64,000 nucleotides of DNA, taken from Paraspadella gotoi. Taxonomy: Eukaryota; Animalia; Chaetognatha. The stretch lies in NCBI GenBank assembly GCA_051294375.1, contig JBJCIZ010000239.1, forward strand, positions 3,175,476 to 3,239,475. Direction: 5' to 3'. Of the stretch, positions 1-11,966 are shown piece after piece; position 1 is the first letter of the stretch, and each line of letters begins with the position of its first letter. The notes under the pieces were generated by a model. It made no database searches. It saw nothing but the letters and a program-made list of their open reading frames with translations, and was not told the DNA's origin. Position numbers and translations under genes: made by a program.

Positions 1-404
1 ACAGATAAGGCCATAGTGACATATTTTCCTACAGTATTCAGTCCACTCTTTCTATTTTGTATCTTAATAAAATTTTCAAGGCTCCACCACCTTCCTTTAT
101 TTAATGTTGTCATTCTACTACAAACCTCTTTATGTTACGTTATGTTAAGTTATGTTATTCCAAATCTTCTCCTAACTTCTTTGATGTTCTAAACGTTATT
201 CCAAATTTTCAGCCAGTCTCATTCTTGCTTTGCACGTTCCGCCATCGTCTCATCCACGTGAATCTTTGTCGAATGTTTTTCTTTCCGGCGGATAATCCGG
301 CGGATTTTTCCGGCGACGGCTTCTCTCGGCTTTTGAGGTAAACAAACAACTTTACGAGGAAAACAAAACAAAAGACGTCAACGTCCAACGACGACCGCGT
401 TCAG

Positions 405-530
405 CGCCATCTTGCGACCACAAACCACGTAGTGAGCTCATCTCGTGACCGCGCCCTTTCCAAACCTCCTTCTTGAAGGTGCACGCCCAATTTCAGGGAA
501 ATAAAAATATTCCCTGCCGAAACCACGCCC
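405..530 (-). promoter_or_regulatory. Candidate TATA-less promoter for a leftward gene
   Basis: CAAGATGGCG (YY1-type motif) on the minus strand at 405-414, GCACGCCCAAT at 481-491 and CCACGCCC (Sp/KLF-type) at 523-530, all in a locally CpG-rich patch. The downstream coding sequence (1-340) could not be resolved. Confidence 0.3.
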
Positions 531-1283
531 TACCCAAATTCGGAGTAAAAACCGACAAAGACCTCTGACGGGAAGAAGAGAAAACGAAAATAAAACGACA
601 ACACGGAATCTTAGAAACGAATGGTCGTACATGTTAAGAGTCTTAATCGCGTTAGTATTTTCCGCAATTATCATCTTTTCTGTGAAAGAAGGCCTGGCCC
701 TCTGTCGACGTTAAAAAAAGAGTAGAAACAAATGACATTTTTTGAGAAGATCGTCCGTTGCAATTGACATTTTCGTCCTATTATCCTAGTATCTCATGTT
801 TCAAAATTTAAGTTGCCCCTTCCTCGCCCATAATCTATATCTCTCTATTCGTATCTCTCTCTATCTCTCTCTGTGATAAAGATCGAGGATCCCGTTCGTT
901 ACGTCGACGTCGCACGTGCCTTTGTTGACGAGAAGTCGGAAGGATGAGGTAAAGAGGAAGATTTGGCGTCGTTGGGGATTAATCGGGGATTAATTGGGGA
1001 AGAATTGGAGACTCATGGGAAAGGGAAGAGAAATAGAGAGAGAGAGAGAGAGTGAGAAATCGATATTCGATATTCGTTCGCAGTTCTAATTCGTTCTCTT
1101 ATTTTACTCATCAAGATTTCACTATATTTGATAAATTGAGATTAAAATCGATCAAAGGGATATACTTGCAACAAACGACCATCGATAGGCAGAAGTTTGA
1201 ATTTTATTTCAAAACAACTTTCAACGATGAAATAACAAAATTGAATAACGAATGAAATAACAAATTGAAACAACAATACAAAA

Positions 1284-3224
1284 TTACGTTGGACATCTTA
1301 AACAGCATGTTCCATCAATTATCACCGTTCTTGTCGCCACCAATCGTTTCCAGAATACAATTGCCAAGTCCGGCCTCGTCCGTTCCAAGTGTCTCCACGA
1401 TTCCGTCGCGTATATTTCTCGAAAGTTCCTGCAAACGGCAATTTTTTTTTATTCATTTTTTCATTCATTCATTCATTTATTCATTCATTTATTCTTTTTT
1501 TTAATATATTACTATTAGACTAGACGCAAACGCCCTCACAAGAGCGGTAGTCTACCAAATTCAAATTTTAATGGGAACAGTATTTAAACGAATCCATTAT
1601 TGATATTCGTTATTGTGTTAAAATACTCTTTTGCAAAAAATGTTCGGAACCATGAGTATTTCGCAAATTAAAATTATTATATTGCTATATGATGTAAAAT
1701 TTTTTTTTAATTGATTCTGATAGAGCTCAAAAAGTTAAGCAATAAATGTAATTACAACTTTTTTGAAATTTTGATGTTTTATTACTGAAAATTAACAAAA
1801 ATTGCTAAAATCATCGGATGATGATGATGAGGATGAATTTTTTCAGGTTTTTTCCTAATTTTAACCAACTTGCCATCAAAATATTGCAAATTTTATATTG
1901 TGTAGACAATTTTTTATAAGCAATCTGCATCTGCTTTTAAAAATATAAAATTCAAAAATATTTTTTTGACATTTTATATCTATAAATAATAGTAGAAGAG
2001 ACGAAACATGTCCATTGAATAAAATAAATCGTTGCAGTAAAAACTTTTTCGTCTCTTCTACTAATATTAACGCAACGAAACGAAAGGATTAACACAATAT
2101 ATCTATAAATAAATATTAAAAAATTAATTACTAGTGCTTCTCGCCATTTTAGAAAATTTTGGTCCATTGAAAGTTTTCTCAGAAATGTATGAAGTTTCAT
2201 TTGGGAAGGTTCCCAAATCAACACTTCCGACCCACCCCATTGACAAAGCTTGGCTCTTTCACAAAGACAATAAAATAAGAAAATAAAATTTACCTTTCAA
2301 AAAATACATAGCAAATATCATTGAGCCCTGAAGTGGCGTACAAGTGGGCCAGTTTAACAGCTTCAACAAAGTTCGACGTCGACAGAGATTCGGCGATTCC
2401 CCTTTGGCAGTGATTCGACAGTTCGGGCATTAGATATCTCTCCGCCGTTTTGAACAGCTTAATGCAGACAGCGTCCAAGTCGTAGACAAAACCCTTGTAG
2501 ATAAAGTCTAACATCGAGTCCATCATGTCGCCTGTAAATTAAAAGCGAGTCGGGGATAAAACTGATAAAAACCAATTTAAATGGACAAATAAAAATAATT
2601 AAATACTACATCATACATCAAATGGACGGCTTACCTTCAAGGTCGTGGTGGCTGAATCGATTGCTCTCATTCTCTCGCACCTCGTCTCCGAATATGGCCT
2701 GCGAAGGAGAAGTTAAGTGATAAAACCAGTGATAAACAAGTTTGAGCAAACAATGTCGGATCTGCCTACGATAAGTAATTAAATAATTAATAATTAATTA
2801 TAATTTATATTCAGCTTGTCATCATCGATGTCTTAAAATTGAGTCAGGACAGTTTATAAATGTTTTGTTTACATTTTATCAAAAACAAACAAATATCCTC
2901 TATTATCGAGCCAGGCGGGCAAAGCCCGTCCTGTCTAGATTTTGATTCGGTTTAGCTTTCGGTCTCGCTTTTTTGCAATCATGGGCTTCTGAAAATGTGA
3001 TATCATAGGGAGTTGAATTTTCATATATGGCTTCTAATCATCAAGATCTTAAAATTCTCATGTTTCATATCAATATTCGTATTGTTTATGTTTTTATTTC
3101 AAAACAAAAAACGTTTTAATTATATGTCGCTCTCTCTCTTCTCTTTTTCTCCGTCACTGCTTCTTCTGATTTGTCTAAAAACGAGTTCCGGCTCTGCAGC
3201 GTCTGTCCAGCTTCTTCTCTTCTC

Positions 3225-3257
<33 letters not shown>

Positions 3258-3717
3258 CTTTTTTTTTTTACAAATTTTTTAGATATAATGTGGGTTCACT
3301 AATGTAAAAACCGATGCCGCGATCAGGGCGCGAAACCGGGTCCTTGGGTAGAGAATAGCTCACGCTACGTGCGGCGCCATAAGTACTGCTGATTCTTTAA
3401 CGAGTTAAAGGGGCTGTAGAGCTTCTCTCTCTCTCTTTTTTTAATTATTATATATGCTTTTTCTCTTTCTCTTTTTCTCTGCAGCGGCTGTCTCACTCTC
3501 CTCTCTCTTTTTTTCTCTCTCTTCTCTCTGTCTCTCTGTCTCTCTGTGTGTGTCTGTCCTATCTGTCCGATCTCTTGCGTGATCGTTTTTTTTTTTAAAA
3601 TTCTGATTATTTTTTTCCTTCTAAAAACTTTTCATTATTGCCATTTATTCGCGCCTTTTTTTCAATACAAAATCCCATATTTTCATCCGAGATTTTCGTG
3701 GATTATTTCTCTTTCTT

Positions 3718-3751
<34 letters not shown>

Positions 3752-5648
3752 TTCTCTCTCTCTTCTTCTCTCCTCTCTCTCTCTCTCTCTCTTTCTTTCT
3801 CTCTCTCTCTTTTCTCTCTCTCTCTCTCTTCTCTCTCTCTCCTCTCTCTTTCACTCATACATGCATTTGTTTGTTTTATTGACTATCATCGCATCAATGA
3901 ATGACAATCATCGCATCAATGAATGACAATCATCGCATCATGAATGACAATCATCGCATCAACTGAATGACTATCATCAACAGCAGTGAAATGACTATCA
4001 TTCGCATCAATAATTGATTATCATCGAATCAATAATCAATACTATTACATCAATAAATTACTATTACATCAATCAATTAGTATTACCTCAATCAATTACT
4101 AGTAAATCAATAATTCGTTATCGCATGATTCATTCGTTTTTTTTCCCGGGTTTTTTCATTAATTTCTCTATGATATGGGGCTCTGGCTCGATCTTGAGTC
4201 TTTTAAGATTTTTTTATTTTATGTCTCCTTCTCTTCTCTCTCTCTCACTCCTCTTCTTCCTCTTCACTCCTCTTCTTTCTTTCTCTCTCTTTCTCTCTCT
4301 TTTATGCAATAGCGACGATCTTATGCTTTTAAGATTTTTTTAACTTTGCATCATTTTTTCAAACTTGCATAATTTTTTCAAACTTGCATTCCGTCAAAAC
4401 TTTATATCTAGCTTCTTCACTCACTTTCCTACCGGCTCACAAAATTTCATCTCAATCTATCATGGGTTAAAATAAATAAAAAAAATTCAAGTAAATGTGA
4501 CTCATATTTTTTTCATTTAAACTCATTTCCACTGGTACGTTTCCACTGAAACTAATATCAAGCTTCGTCATAACGTTTTCCTACCCACACACAAAATTTC
4601 AACTCAATCTATCCATCCAATTATGATTAATTGGAGTATTTATTGGTTAAAATAAGTAAAAAGATTTTAGTAAATTCGACTTATGTTTTTCCATTTAAAC
4701 TAATTTCCACTCACGACGATTCCATCGAAATTTTATATCCAGCTTTTACCAAACACTTTCCTACCACACACACAAATTTAATTCCAATCCAACCAGCCAA
4801 TCACGAGTTATTGGAGCTTTTTGCTAAGATGGGACGGATGGACGGATTGATTGACTAATTAATAATTTTATTGATTAATTTATTTACTAATTGATTAATT
4901 AACTGATTAATTATTTGATTTATTAATACATCCTGCAGATACATTTAATATAAAAGGAAAAAAGAAGCATAATCAATTAGTAAAACAGGTTTTTTTGTTT
5001 TTTCCATTTAAACACATTTCCACTCAACTATCCATCGAAACTTGATTTCCTGTTCAATCACACACTTTCCTACCCACATACAAAATTCCAGGTCAATCAG
5101 CCCATCCCACTCATGAGCAATTGGTGTTCAAATAGTGAATATATTTTTTTTGTTTTTTCCATTTAAACTCATTTCCACTCGGACGATTCCATCGAAACTT
5201 CATTTCCAGCTCAATCACACACTTACCTATCCACACACAAAATTTCATTTAAATCCATCCATCCAATCACGAGTAATTGGTGTTTTTTGCTAAGGTGGGA
5301 CGGACGGACGGACGGACGGACGGACGGACGGACGGACGGACGGACGACCGGACAGACAGACAGACAGACCGGACATCATTTTTTTTGCATAATTTTATCA
5401 TAATTCGATGTTCTGACATGATATAAGTGTGTGCCCGACAATATTGAGGGGCGGACCGACGGACCGAAAAAGTGAGTTATAGAGTCGGATCTGCTGATAA
5501 GCAGATCCGACTAAAAATGTTTTCACATCGTTAATAATTTTTAATTTACAAGCCAGTTATTTCTTCAATGAGCGATGAGCGGGGCGCCCAACACCCAGGA
5601 AGCAGTAGCGAAGTAGTGACGAGTGAAGAGCGAGAAGAGATTTGTGGC

Positions 5649-5701
<53 letters not shown>

Positions 5702-8186
5702 TTTCAGACAGTGAAGATGACTTACTCTAAAGACTGACGAGTGAATAGCGAGAAGAGATTTGTGGCATTTTCGTTTCTTCCCATCGATGATCGAGCAAAG
5801 CGTAATGTCTAAAATTTAAAAGAAAAAATCATATTTAGGTCTCTTTATACCCAGAAATTTGTTAATAGAATGCTACAATTCCAAAATCATTTCAGTTTAT
5901 AAAAAAAAAGTTTCTTTTTAAATGAAAATTTATTTAAGGGGATAAAAAATACTAAATAACTAATGATAATTAGTAAACACAAAAATATGAATCATAGACA
6001 TAAAAATTACTGCTTTGTCGTATTTGTTAACTTAACTTGTTAACTTCATTGTCAAAATGTTCAGATGAAGATCTTTAAAAAAGGGCAAATTTACAATTTA
6101 CAATTCAAAGATATGCACTAAAGCGTAGTAAAAATTCTAAATTTAACTTTAATTAAAATTCTAAAAGTGAGGAACGAATAACATTATACTAATGAACATT
6201 TATTTTTAAAAAATATTATAATAATTTTTACAATTTACGCAGTAAGCCATATTTATACAAGTACTAATCCCAATAAATGTTATAAAATTTTCAAAATAGT
6301 TTTTTTGTAAGAGTTTTTTGCAGATTTGGATTCGTCATAAAAAGTTGATATAAAGAAATATAACTCTTTTTTTAAAATTTTTGTTATTAAGTTGATCAAA
6401 TATAAAAAAAAAAATTATATTTTAAACTGAAAAATTAAAAATTTAATATGTATTAAATATTTTTTTAATGTTTAAACCCACTTAATGAAAGAAATTTTTA
6501 AATATGATTTTATATTTTATTTTATCAATTTTTGGCGAGGAATTCAAATCTGCAATAAAAATTAAGAAAAGCCTATTTTGAAATTTTTTCGATTTTTAAA
6601 AGAGATAGTAATATTTATATAGAAAAACATTCTTTGATATTATACCACTTCATTGATAGGGGAAGCCAGGTACTCTGGGAGTGAATAAAAAAACGATTCA
6701 GTCTTGATTGAAAGCTTGCAGGGACCTGCTTATATCATTATTCTTGTAAGAGTGATTGGAGGCCTTAAACCACCCAAAGGCCTGTCCCAAAGTCAGGGGC
6801 AAAGATAGCTCATTTATTAAAATGAATGGATAATTTTTTATATTGGATTGTTTGTACCAATCATATTATAAATATAGCTTACTGAGAAAATTGAAGAACA
6901 TACACCATTTTTTTTTACAAATTAATAATCACTGATAGTATGTTGTTCATAATTAACATTTAAAATTTTCGTATATAACTTTCACTACGCCCTAATATGC
7001 ACCCAACTGCAAAAAAAAAAAAACAAACAAAAAAAAAAAAAAAACCGGAGAATGCAAACATTTGATACCAACCGGTTAAGATTTCCTCGTCCAGCAGCTT
7101 GTGCAGATTTCCAGTAACCGACTCTGGCCCGAATTCAAGCAAACAAAGCAACACAAATTTGTCGTCGTCCTGCACTTGGCGGAGTCTCTGGCACGACGTA
7201 ATATCGATAAAATCGCGATAGCCCCACATAAAATTTTCCGCGGTATAGGTGTTATACTCGGATCCCTTTTCAACGAAAGGATTGCCTATTAAATCCAAAT
7301 TTGCTTAGTAGCCACTTAAACAGTAGTACACTTAATATAACGAAACCGAAAATTTTATCTATCAAGTATATGTATATGTATAATTACTTGGCTCGTTTTC
7401 GGTGGGTTACTACAATCTCACCGTTAATGTCGGCAACGATGAACTTAGATCGAATTCGAAATTCCTCGAAAAAGGGTTTTTCTTTGAAACTCATGCATTG
7501 CAAGTATAATCCAAGAGGGGAGCCTAAAGAAGGAAAAAAAAAAGCTTAAAAAGGACTTGCGGAATTGACTTTAGAAGGATATATTACTGGGTGATCACAT
7601 AACTACCAAACGTGTGTATAAAAAATATGTCACGTGATTACTGATTACGCATAACAGAAGTATGATACATAGGGACAAGAAGCATTTCCTGGTAAGTTGC
7701 AGGACTGTAGGACTGTAGGTCTGCCAAATATAAAACGACTTAGCAAATTCGTGAATTATATTAAATTGTCATTAATTGCTTATTCAAATGAGCACATGAC
7801 ATCAGAAATATGCTACACATGAAGGTTAAAGGTCTTATGGGACATTACCTCCCTAGCAAATACACCTAATTGATGCAAAATTACATGAATAAAAATGTAA
7901 GAGGGACAGACCAACAGGCGGACAGACGGACCGATCGACCGGAAAGCGATTTAATAGCGACTCATAGTGATTATAAAGTTTCACCTGGAGTTTCTCTGAC
8001 TTTGAACCAATTGAGTTGCCATGAGGTCCTTCTTTTTCCGAGCATGAAATTGAAACGCGGGCTGTCGACTCTTTCCTTCTGATCAGAAAAGAATATGTTT
8101 TTGACGTCGCCCCATCTAATGCAATCCTCCTCTTCGAACAACGACGCAAACGACGCATCGAGTTTTTTCGAAATTATTTTGCCCAT
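1284..8186 (-). CDS. MATH-BTB(-BACK) protein, SPOP/roadkill-like Cullin3 adaptor family; 7 exons, 348 aa
   Basis: Exons 8186-7985, 7523-7422, 7285-7073, 5808-5726, 2698-2635, 2531-2294 and 1428-1284 are all GT-AG and phase-compatible, giving 1047 nt ending in TAA. MATH motifs: VDSPRF, WQLNWF, LGLYLQC, WGYRDFID. BTB motifs: LLDEEILTDITL, CHKSLLAIHSSVF, MLDFIYKG, LFKTAERYLMPELSNHC. BACK-like tail: LSTSNFVEAVKLAHLY...ESWRHLERTRPDL. Too divergent to call SPOP orthology, and the true start may lie upstream. Confidence 0.92.
2903..4215 (+). mobile_element. HINE/DINE-1-like element, family A, nested in the family B copy
   Basis: TT followed by ATCGAGCCAG (2905-2914) and a GC-rich hairpin; inverted copy CTGGCTCGAT (4183-4192) followed by a short hairpin CTTGAG..TTTAAG and a T-run. 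Internal blocks and the TGAATGACAATCATCGCATCAA tandem array are shared with 44836-49700. Confidence 0.7.
3890..4085. repeat. About 22-bp tandem repeat (TGAATGACAATCATCGCATCAA), decaying rightwards
   Basis: Direct repeats are visible; a related array lies at about 49490-49665. Confidence 0.85.
4395..5300. repeat. About five imperfect 150-190 bp internal tandem units of the HINE-B element
   Basis: TTTTCCATTTAAACTCATTTCCACT...CACTTTCCTACCCACACACAAAATTTC recurs near 4510, 4685, 5000 and 5155, with a partial copy near 4420. Confidence 0.8.
6121..6991. mobile_element. TIR MITE (Kolobok-like ends), copy 1, with a nested structured repeat
   Basis: Termini AGCGTAGTAAAA and TTTCACTACGCC, flanked by CTAA on both sides. 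The body aligns by eye with 38780-39410. Confidence 0.7.
6621..6865 (+). mobile_element. Unclassified dispersed structured repeat of about 245 bp, copy 1
   Basis: AAACATTCTTTG...CATTGATAGGGGAAGCCAGGTACTCTGGGAGTGAATAAA...GATTGAAAGCTTGCAGGGACC...GGAGGCCTTAAACC...GGATAATTTTT. It is absent at the equivalent TA-rich site of the MITE copy near 39265. Confidence 0.75.
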
Positions 8187-8516
8187 GATGAAGATGGAAG
8201 GCTTTTTTTAATTTTTTTAATTTTGAAGAAAAAAAAAAACAAAACAAAAAAACAGAAATGGGCCTTATTTTTTTCGAGAACGCCACATCGCGACTTCAAT
8301 TCCAAATTATATTAATTTTTTTAAATTAATTAGGTTAGTGATTAAGGTTATGGATTTTTTTTTTCATTTGAAATTTGGGTTAGGCTAGGGTAGACGTTAA
8401 GGAAAAGGGTTAAGCAATAGAATTACGGATTCATTTATAAACTTAACATCAAAATCAAATATAAATTTGGAAAATAACGAACAGAAATGGTGCAGTCTCG
8501 AAAAAGAGAGCTTACG

Positions 8517-8760
8517 AATTATTTGGCAGATACGAAGAACGATTATTAAATGCGTAAAGAACATTAATTTCATCCATATTTTCGGCCATCGTCTTTCTTG
8601 GCCGAGAGACGATATTTAAACTCGTTCGATCTCTGAGGTCAACTTTCAGCCACTGATTCGAACCGACAAAGTGGTCGCGTCGCGAAATTACGTCGTATTT
8701 ATGTTGGAAATACATTTAGAGATCGTGGAGATAACTGTAGCAGATTAATTTGTGAATTAT
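8517..8760 (-). CDS. Probable exon upstream of the MATH-BTB ATG; product unknown
   Basis: Strong minus-strand acceptor (tcatttcag) and donor (AATTC|gtaagc) bracket ORF 8512..8715. An in-frame stop precedes that ORF, so a sequence error or a UTR role must be assumed. Confidence 0.35.
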
Positions 8761-10186
8761 CTGAAATGAGTTCCTCAATCTCATTTGCATTTTGTCGTAT
8801 TGTGATTAAGCTTTTGCCTTAAAGGTTTAATATATTATTTTACATTAGTAAATGATCATGGTTATTTGTGGTTCAATTAATACCTAAATAATTAATGATT
8901 TAATTATCATAATTGCTAGTTTATTACTTTAATTATNNNNNNNNNNNNNNNNNNNNNNNNNTCCCGTCACATTGGAAGGGTCTTCTCTCAACATCAAGGA
9001 GTGCGACGTGCTTGTGAAGCGCTGACAGGGTCGTCCTCATGCTTGAAAAGAGCGGAAAGCTATGGAATCCAACAACGTCGCTCGACCCGGAAAATCTCTT
9101 CTCTTTTGATTTGTCTTAATTATATTTTAAACATTAGCTTGGAGAATTGTATAGTTTTTCTAATTTACATCGTTCATGAAATTGGAACCGCCTCACTGGT
9201 TAATTAGACGAGTTGTTGTTGTTGTCGTTGGGGAAGTTCTTTGTTGTGGCTGGACATCAGGTTTCTGATGGTATTGGAAAGATCAAAAGTAAGTGGGTCT
9301 CTCTCTCTCTCTCTCATCTCTCTCATCTCGTCCGTCTGCGATCTCCCTGCTCTCCTCTCTGGCGGCGTCTTCTCCCTTCATCTGTCTTTCTGGGTCGTGT
9401 CAAAAAGGTGAGCTTGGTCCTTCAAAGAGAATACGGTGTATATGAGTAGGGAAAATGTTGGGATTTCGCCCGTGCACGAACACAAGGATTGTCGATAGGG
9501 CGGGCGGCCTGACGGCGCGCTGCGGCGTTTTGTTAGAGAGAGCGGTCTGCGGATGAACGAGAGGCGCCGTCGGACGTTGCCGCTTCCAACCGCGCTTGAG
9601 AAGCGAAGACGCCCGCTCGTGTACGTTTCTCTTAGTTATCTATCGCTACTTCGCCAATCGATCCGCTCTAACTGAGCACTAGATTATGCTTAGGCTCGCT
9701 CCACCGTAGGACCCTTTTTCCCTTACCAAGCCTCACCTTTAATCGAAGACGACTACTTTTTCCTTTTCCATTTCTCTTCCTTTATTTTTTTTTCTCCTTT
9801 GCCCTTTTTTTTTTCTCTTTTTTTTTTTTAAAACTCAAAAATGCGTTGCGACATAAATCGAACGAAACTCGTGATTCATATACGACTTACGGAACTGTAT
9901 CGACGACGACGAACGACGTCAAAGATCACGTGCCGCTCAAATTTTATGAAGGACATAATCGTTACTTTAACTTCTTTAAATGATAAACAATTCTTTTTTT
10001 TTTGTTCTTTTTTTATCGTTTTTATGTCAAGTAACGTAATAATTTAACTCTAGTATTAGTACGATTTTCTTTTTTTTGTTGGAAGAATAGTAAATTTTTT
10101 TAAGTTTACGTTATCTTTTGCTTAGCACACTTTGAATCTACAGCGTCAATAAGTATAAAAACTTAAAAGGCGTATGATTACTACTA

Positions 10187-10558
10187 ATGGCGAAAGGCAG
10201 CCAAGGTAAGTTTTTCGAGAGGGTCATTTTTGTACACCCTTTTGTGTTCCTAACACACGAATATTTTTAATGGTCGATGGTCACGGACAGTCTGCATCTC
10301 CTAAGAAGAGTTTTTGGATCCAAGTCGGAATCATTACAATTATTCGCCCTTTTATACCGCCAAAGTATGAATGTTAACAGTTGAAAATTGAATTGTAAGT
10401 TTTTTTTTTTTATAAAAATTAAATTTGACCTTTTGGTGCACGCGCATATTCGACTCGGAGGATGTTTTTTCTGAAAAACCCCAAAAAGAGAGAACAAAAA
10501 TCGGGATTAAAACTGAAATTCGTTCTGTTCACAGCGGCACGGAAAATACGTAGAGGAG

Positions 10559-10646
<88 letters not shown>

Positions 10647-10713
10647 TGAAGTCAAAATGGAAACGCGAAAAGGAATCAAATTTGGCCCTTAAAATGGACG
10701 GAAGTGAAGTAGA

Positions 10714-10798
<85 letters not shown>

Positions 10799-10865
10799 TG
10801 AAGTCAAAAATGGAAAACCGAAAAGAATCTTAAAATTTGGCCTAAAATAGGACGAAGTTGAAGGT

Positions 10866-10955
<90 letters not shown>

Positions 10956-11931
10956 TGAAACTCAAAATGGAAAAACCGAAAAAGAATCTAAATTTGGCCT
11001 TAAAATGGACGGAAGTGAAGGTAGAGGGAGGGAAAGGGGTGAGAATTGGATGACTTATTTTCCAAAAGAATGCCCCCATTTATCTGAAATTTGGTTTAGC
11101 TTATAATTTTTTTCTCTTAAAGATTTGGTAAGTATTAGGGTTAAGTATAGGTTATGGATAAGTTTAGGGGTTAAGTTTTAGGGACTTGATTTTTGAGACT
11201 AGGGACTAGGTATAAAGATTAGGGTAAGGTATTAGGGATTGGTTTATAAAGTTTTAAAAATTATATTTAGGTTAAATAATTAAGTTAAATTAAATTCCTG
11301 GCATAATCGAGCAGAAATCTATTCCTACAGTCTGCCCTGTCTCTCTTTTTTTTCTCTCGCTTCCCTCGCTCCACTTATCTCTCGCAACTTCATTCTTTCT
11401 TTATATCAAGTCCAGGTTAAAATAATTTATCATCTATAATGATATTATTAATTTAATCCATGTACGATGGATCTATACTAAGTGACTATAAATATCTTTA
11501 TGACCCTTTTTTCAAAATTGATCTGCCGATATTTTGGATAAATGAGAATTGGAAGTTCCGTCAGAATTTTAACCCTTGAGATCATTAACCAAAACAGCGG
11601 AGGCCGCAAAGGTGGCGGCAGCGAAGCGTCTGCTGTCGAAACGTACGGGCGTCTTAGTCGTTTCAATGCGTTCGTCACCAGTTGGGCCGCGGACGCTAAT
11701 CATCGCTACTCGGAGGCGAAGGATGAGTTAAGGGAAGAGGGATGAGGGGCTGAAGAGGAGTCGAGGTTATAGCGCAAAAAAGCGGCGGCATCCGAAATGA
11801 AGACGTAGGGGAAGTTCGATTCCTTGCTGATCTCATTGGAACTCCGATCTCGATGGGACTCGTCTTGGAATTCTCTCTCCTCTCTCTTCTCCTCTCTCTC
11901 TCTTCCCCTCTCTCTCTCTCTCTCTCTGCTC

Positions 11932-11966
<35 letters not shown>

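Larger units (their letters stand above)
2734..5517 (-). mobile_element. Non-autonomous Helentron-associated element (HINE/DINE-1-like), family B, inside intron 4 of the MATH-BTB gene
   Basis: 5' end (minus): T-run, then a perfect 13-bp hairpin AGTCGGATCTGCT-GATA-AGCAGATCCGACT (5483-5512), then a (GGAC)n/(AGAC)n microsatellite (about 5298-5375). 3' end: matching subterminal repeat GTCGGATCTGC (2755-2765), small hairpin GTTTG-AG-CAAAC (2740-2751) and a CTTGTTT terminus. This is the standard HINE layout. Confidence 0.75.

Noticed and set aside
881-948. Possible small plus-strand exon (ataaag|...GATGAG|gtaaag)
   Set aside because: No partner exons or recognisable product.
11130-11275. TTAGGG/TTAGG-like repeats, mirrored near 17700-17850 and also at 8330-8415
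   Set aside because: Short, highly degenerate and internal, with no regular array; not a telomere or telomere-addition site.
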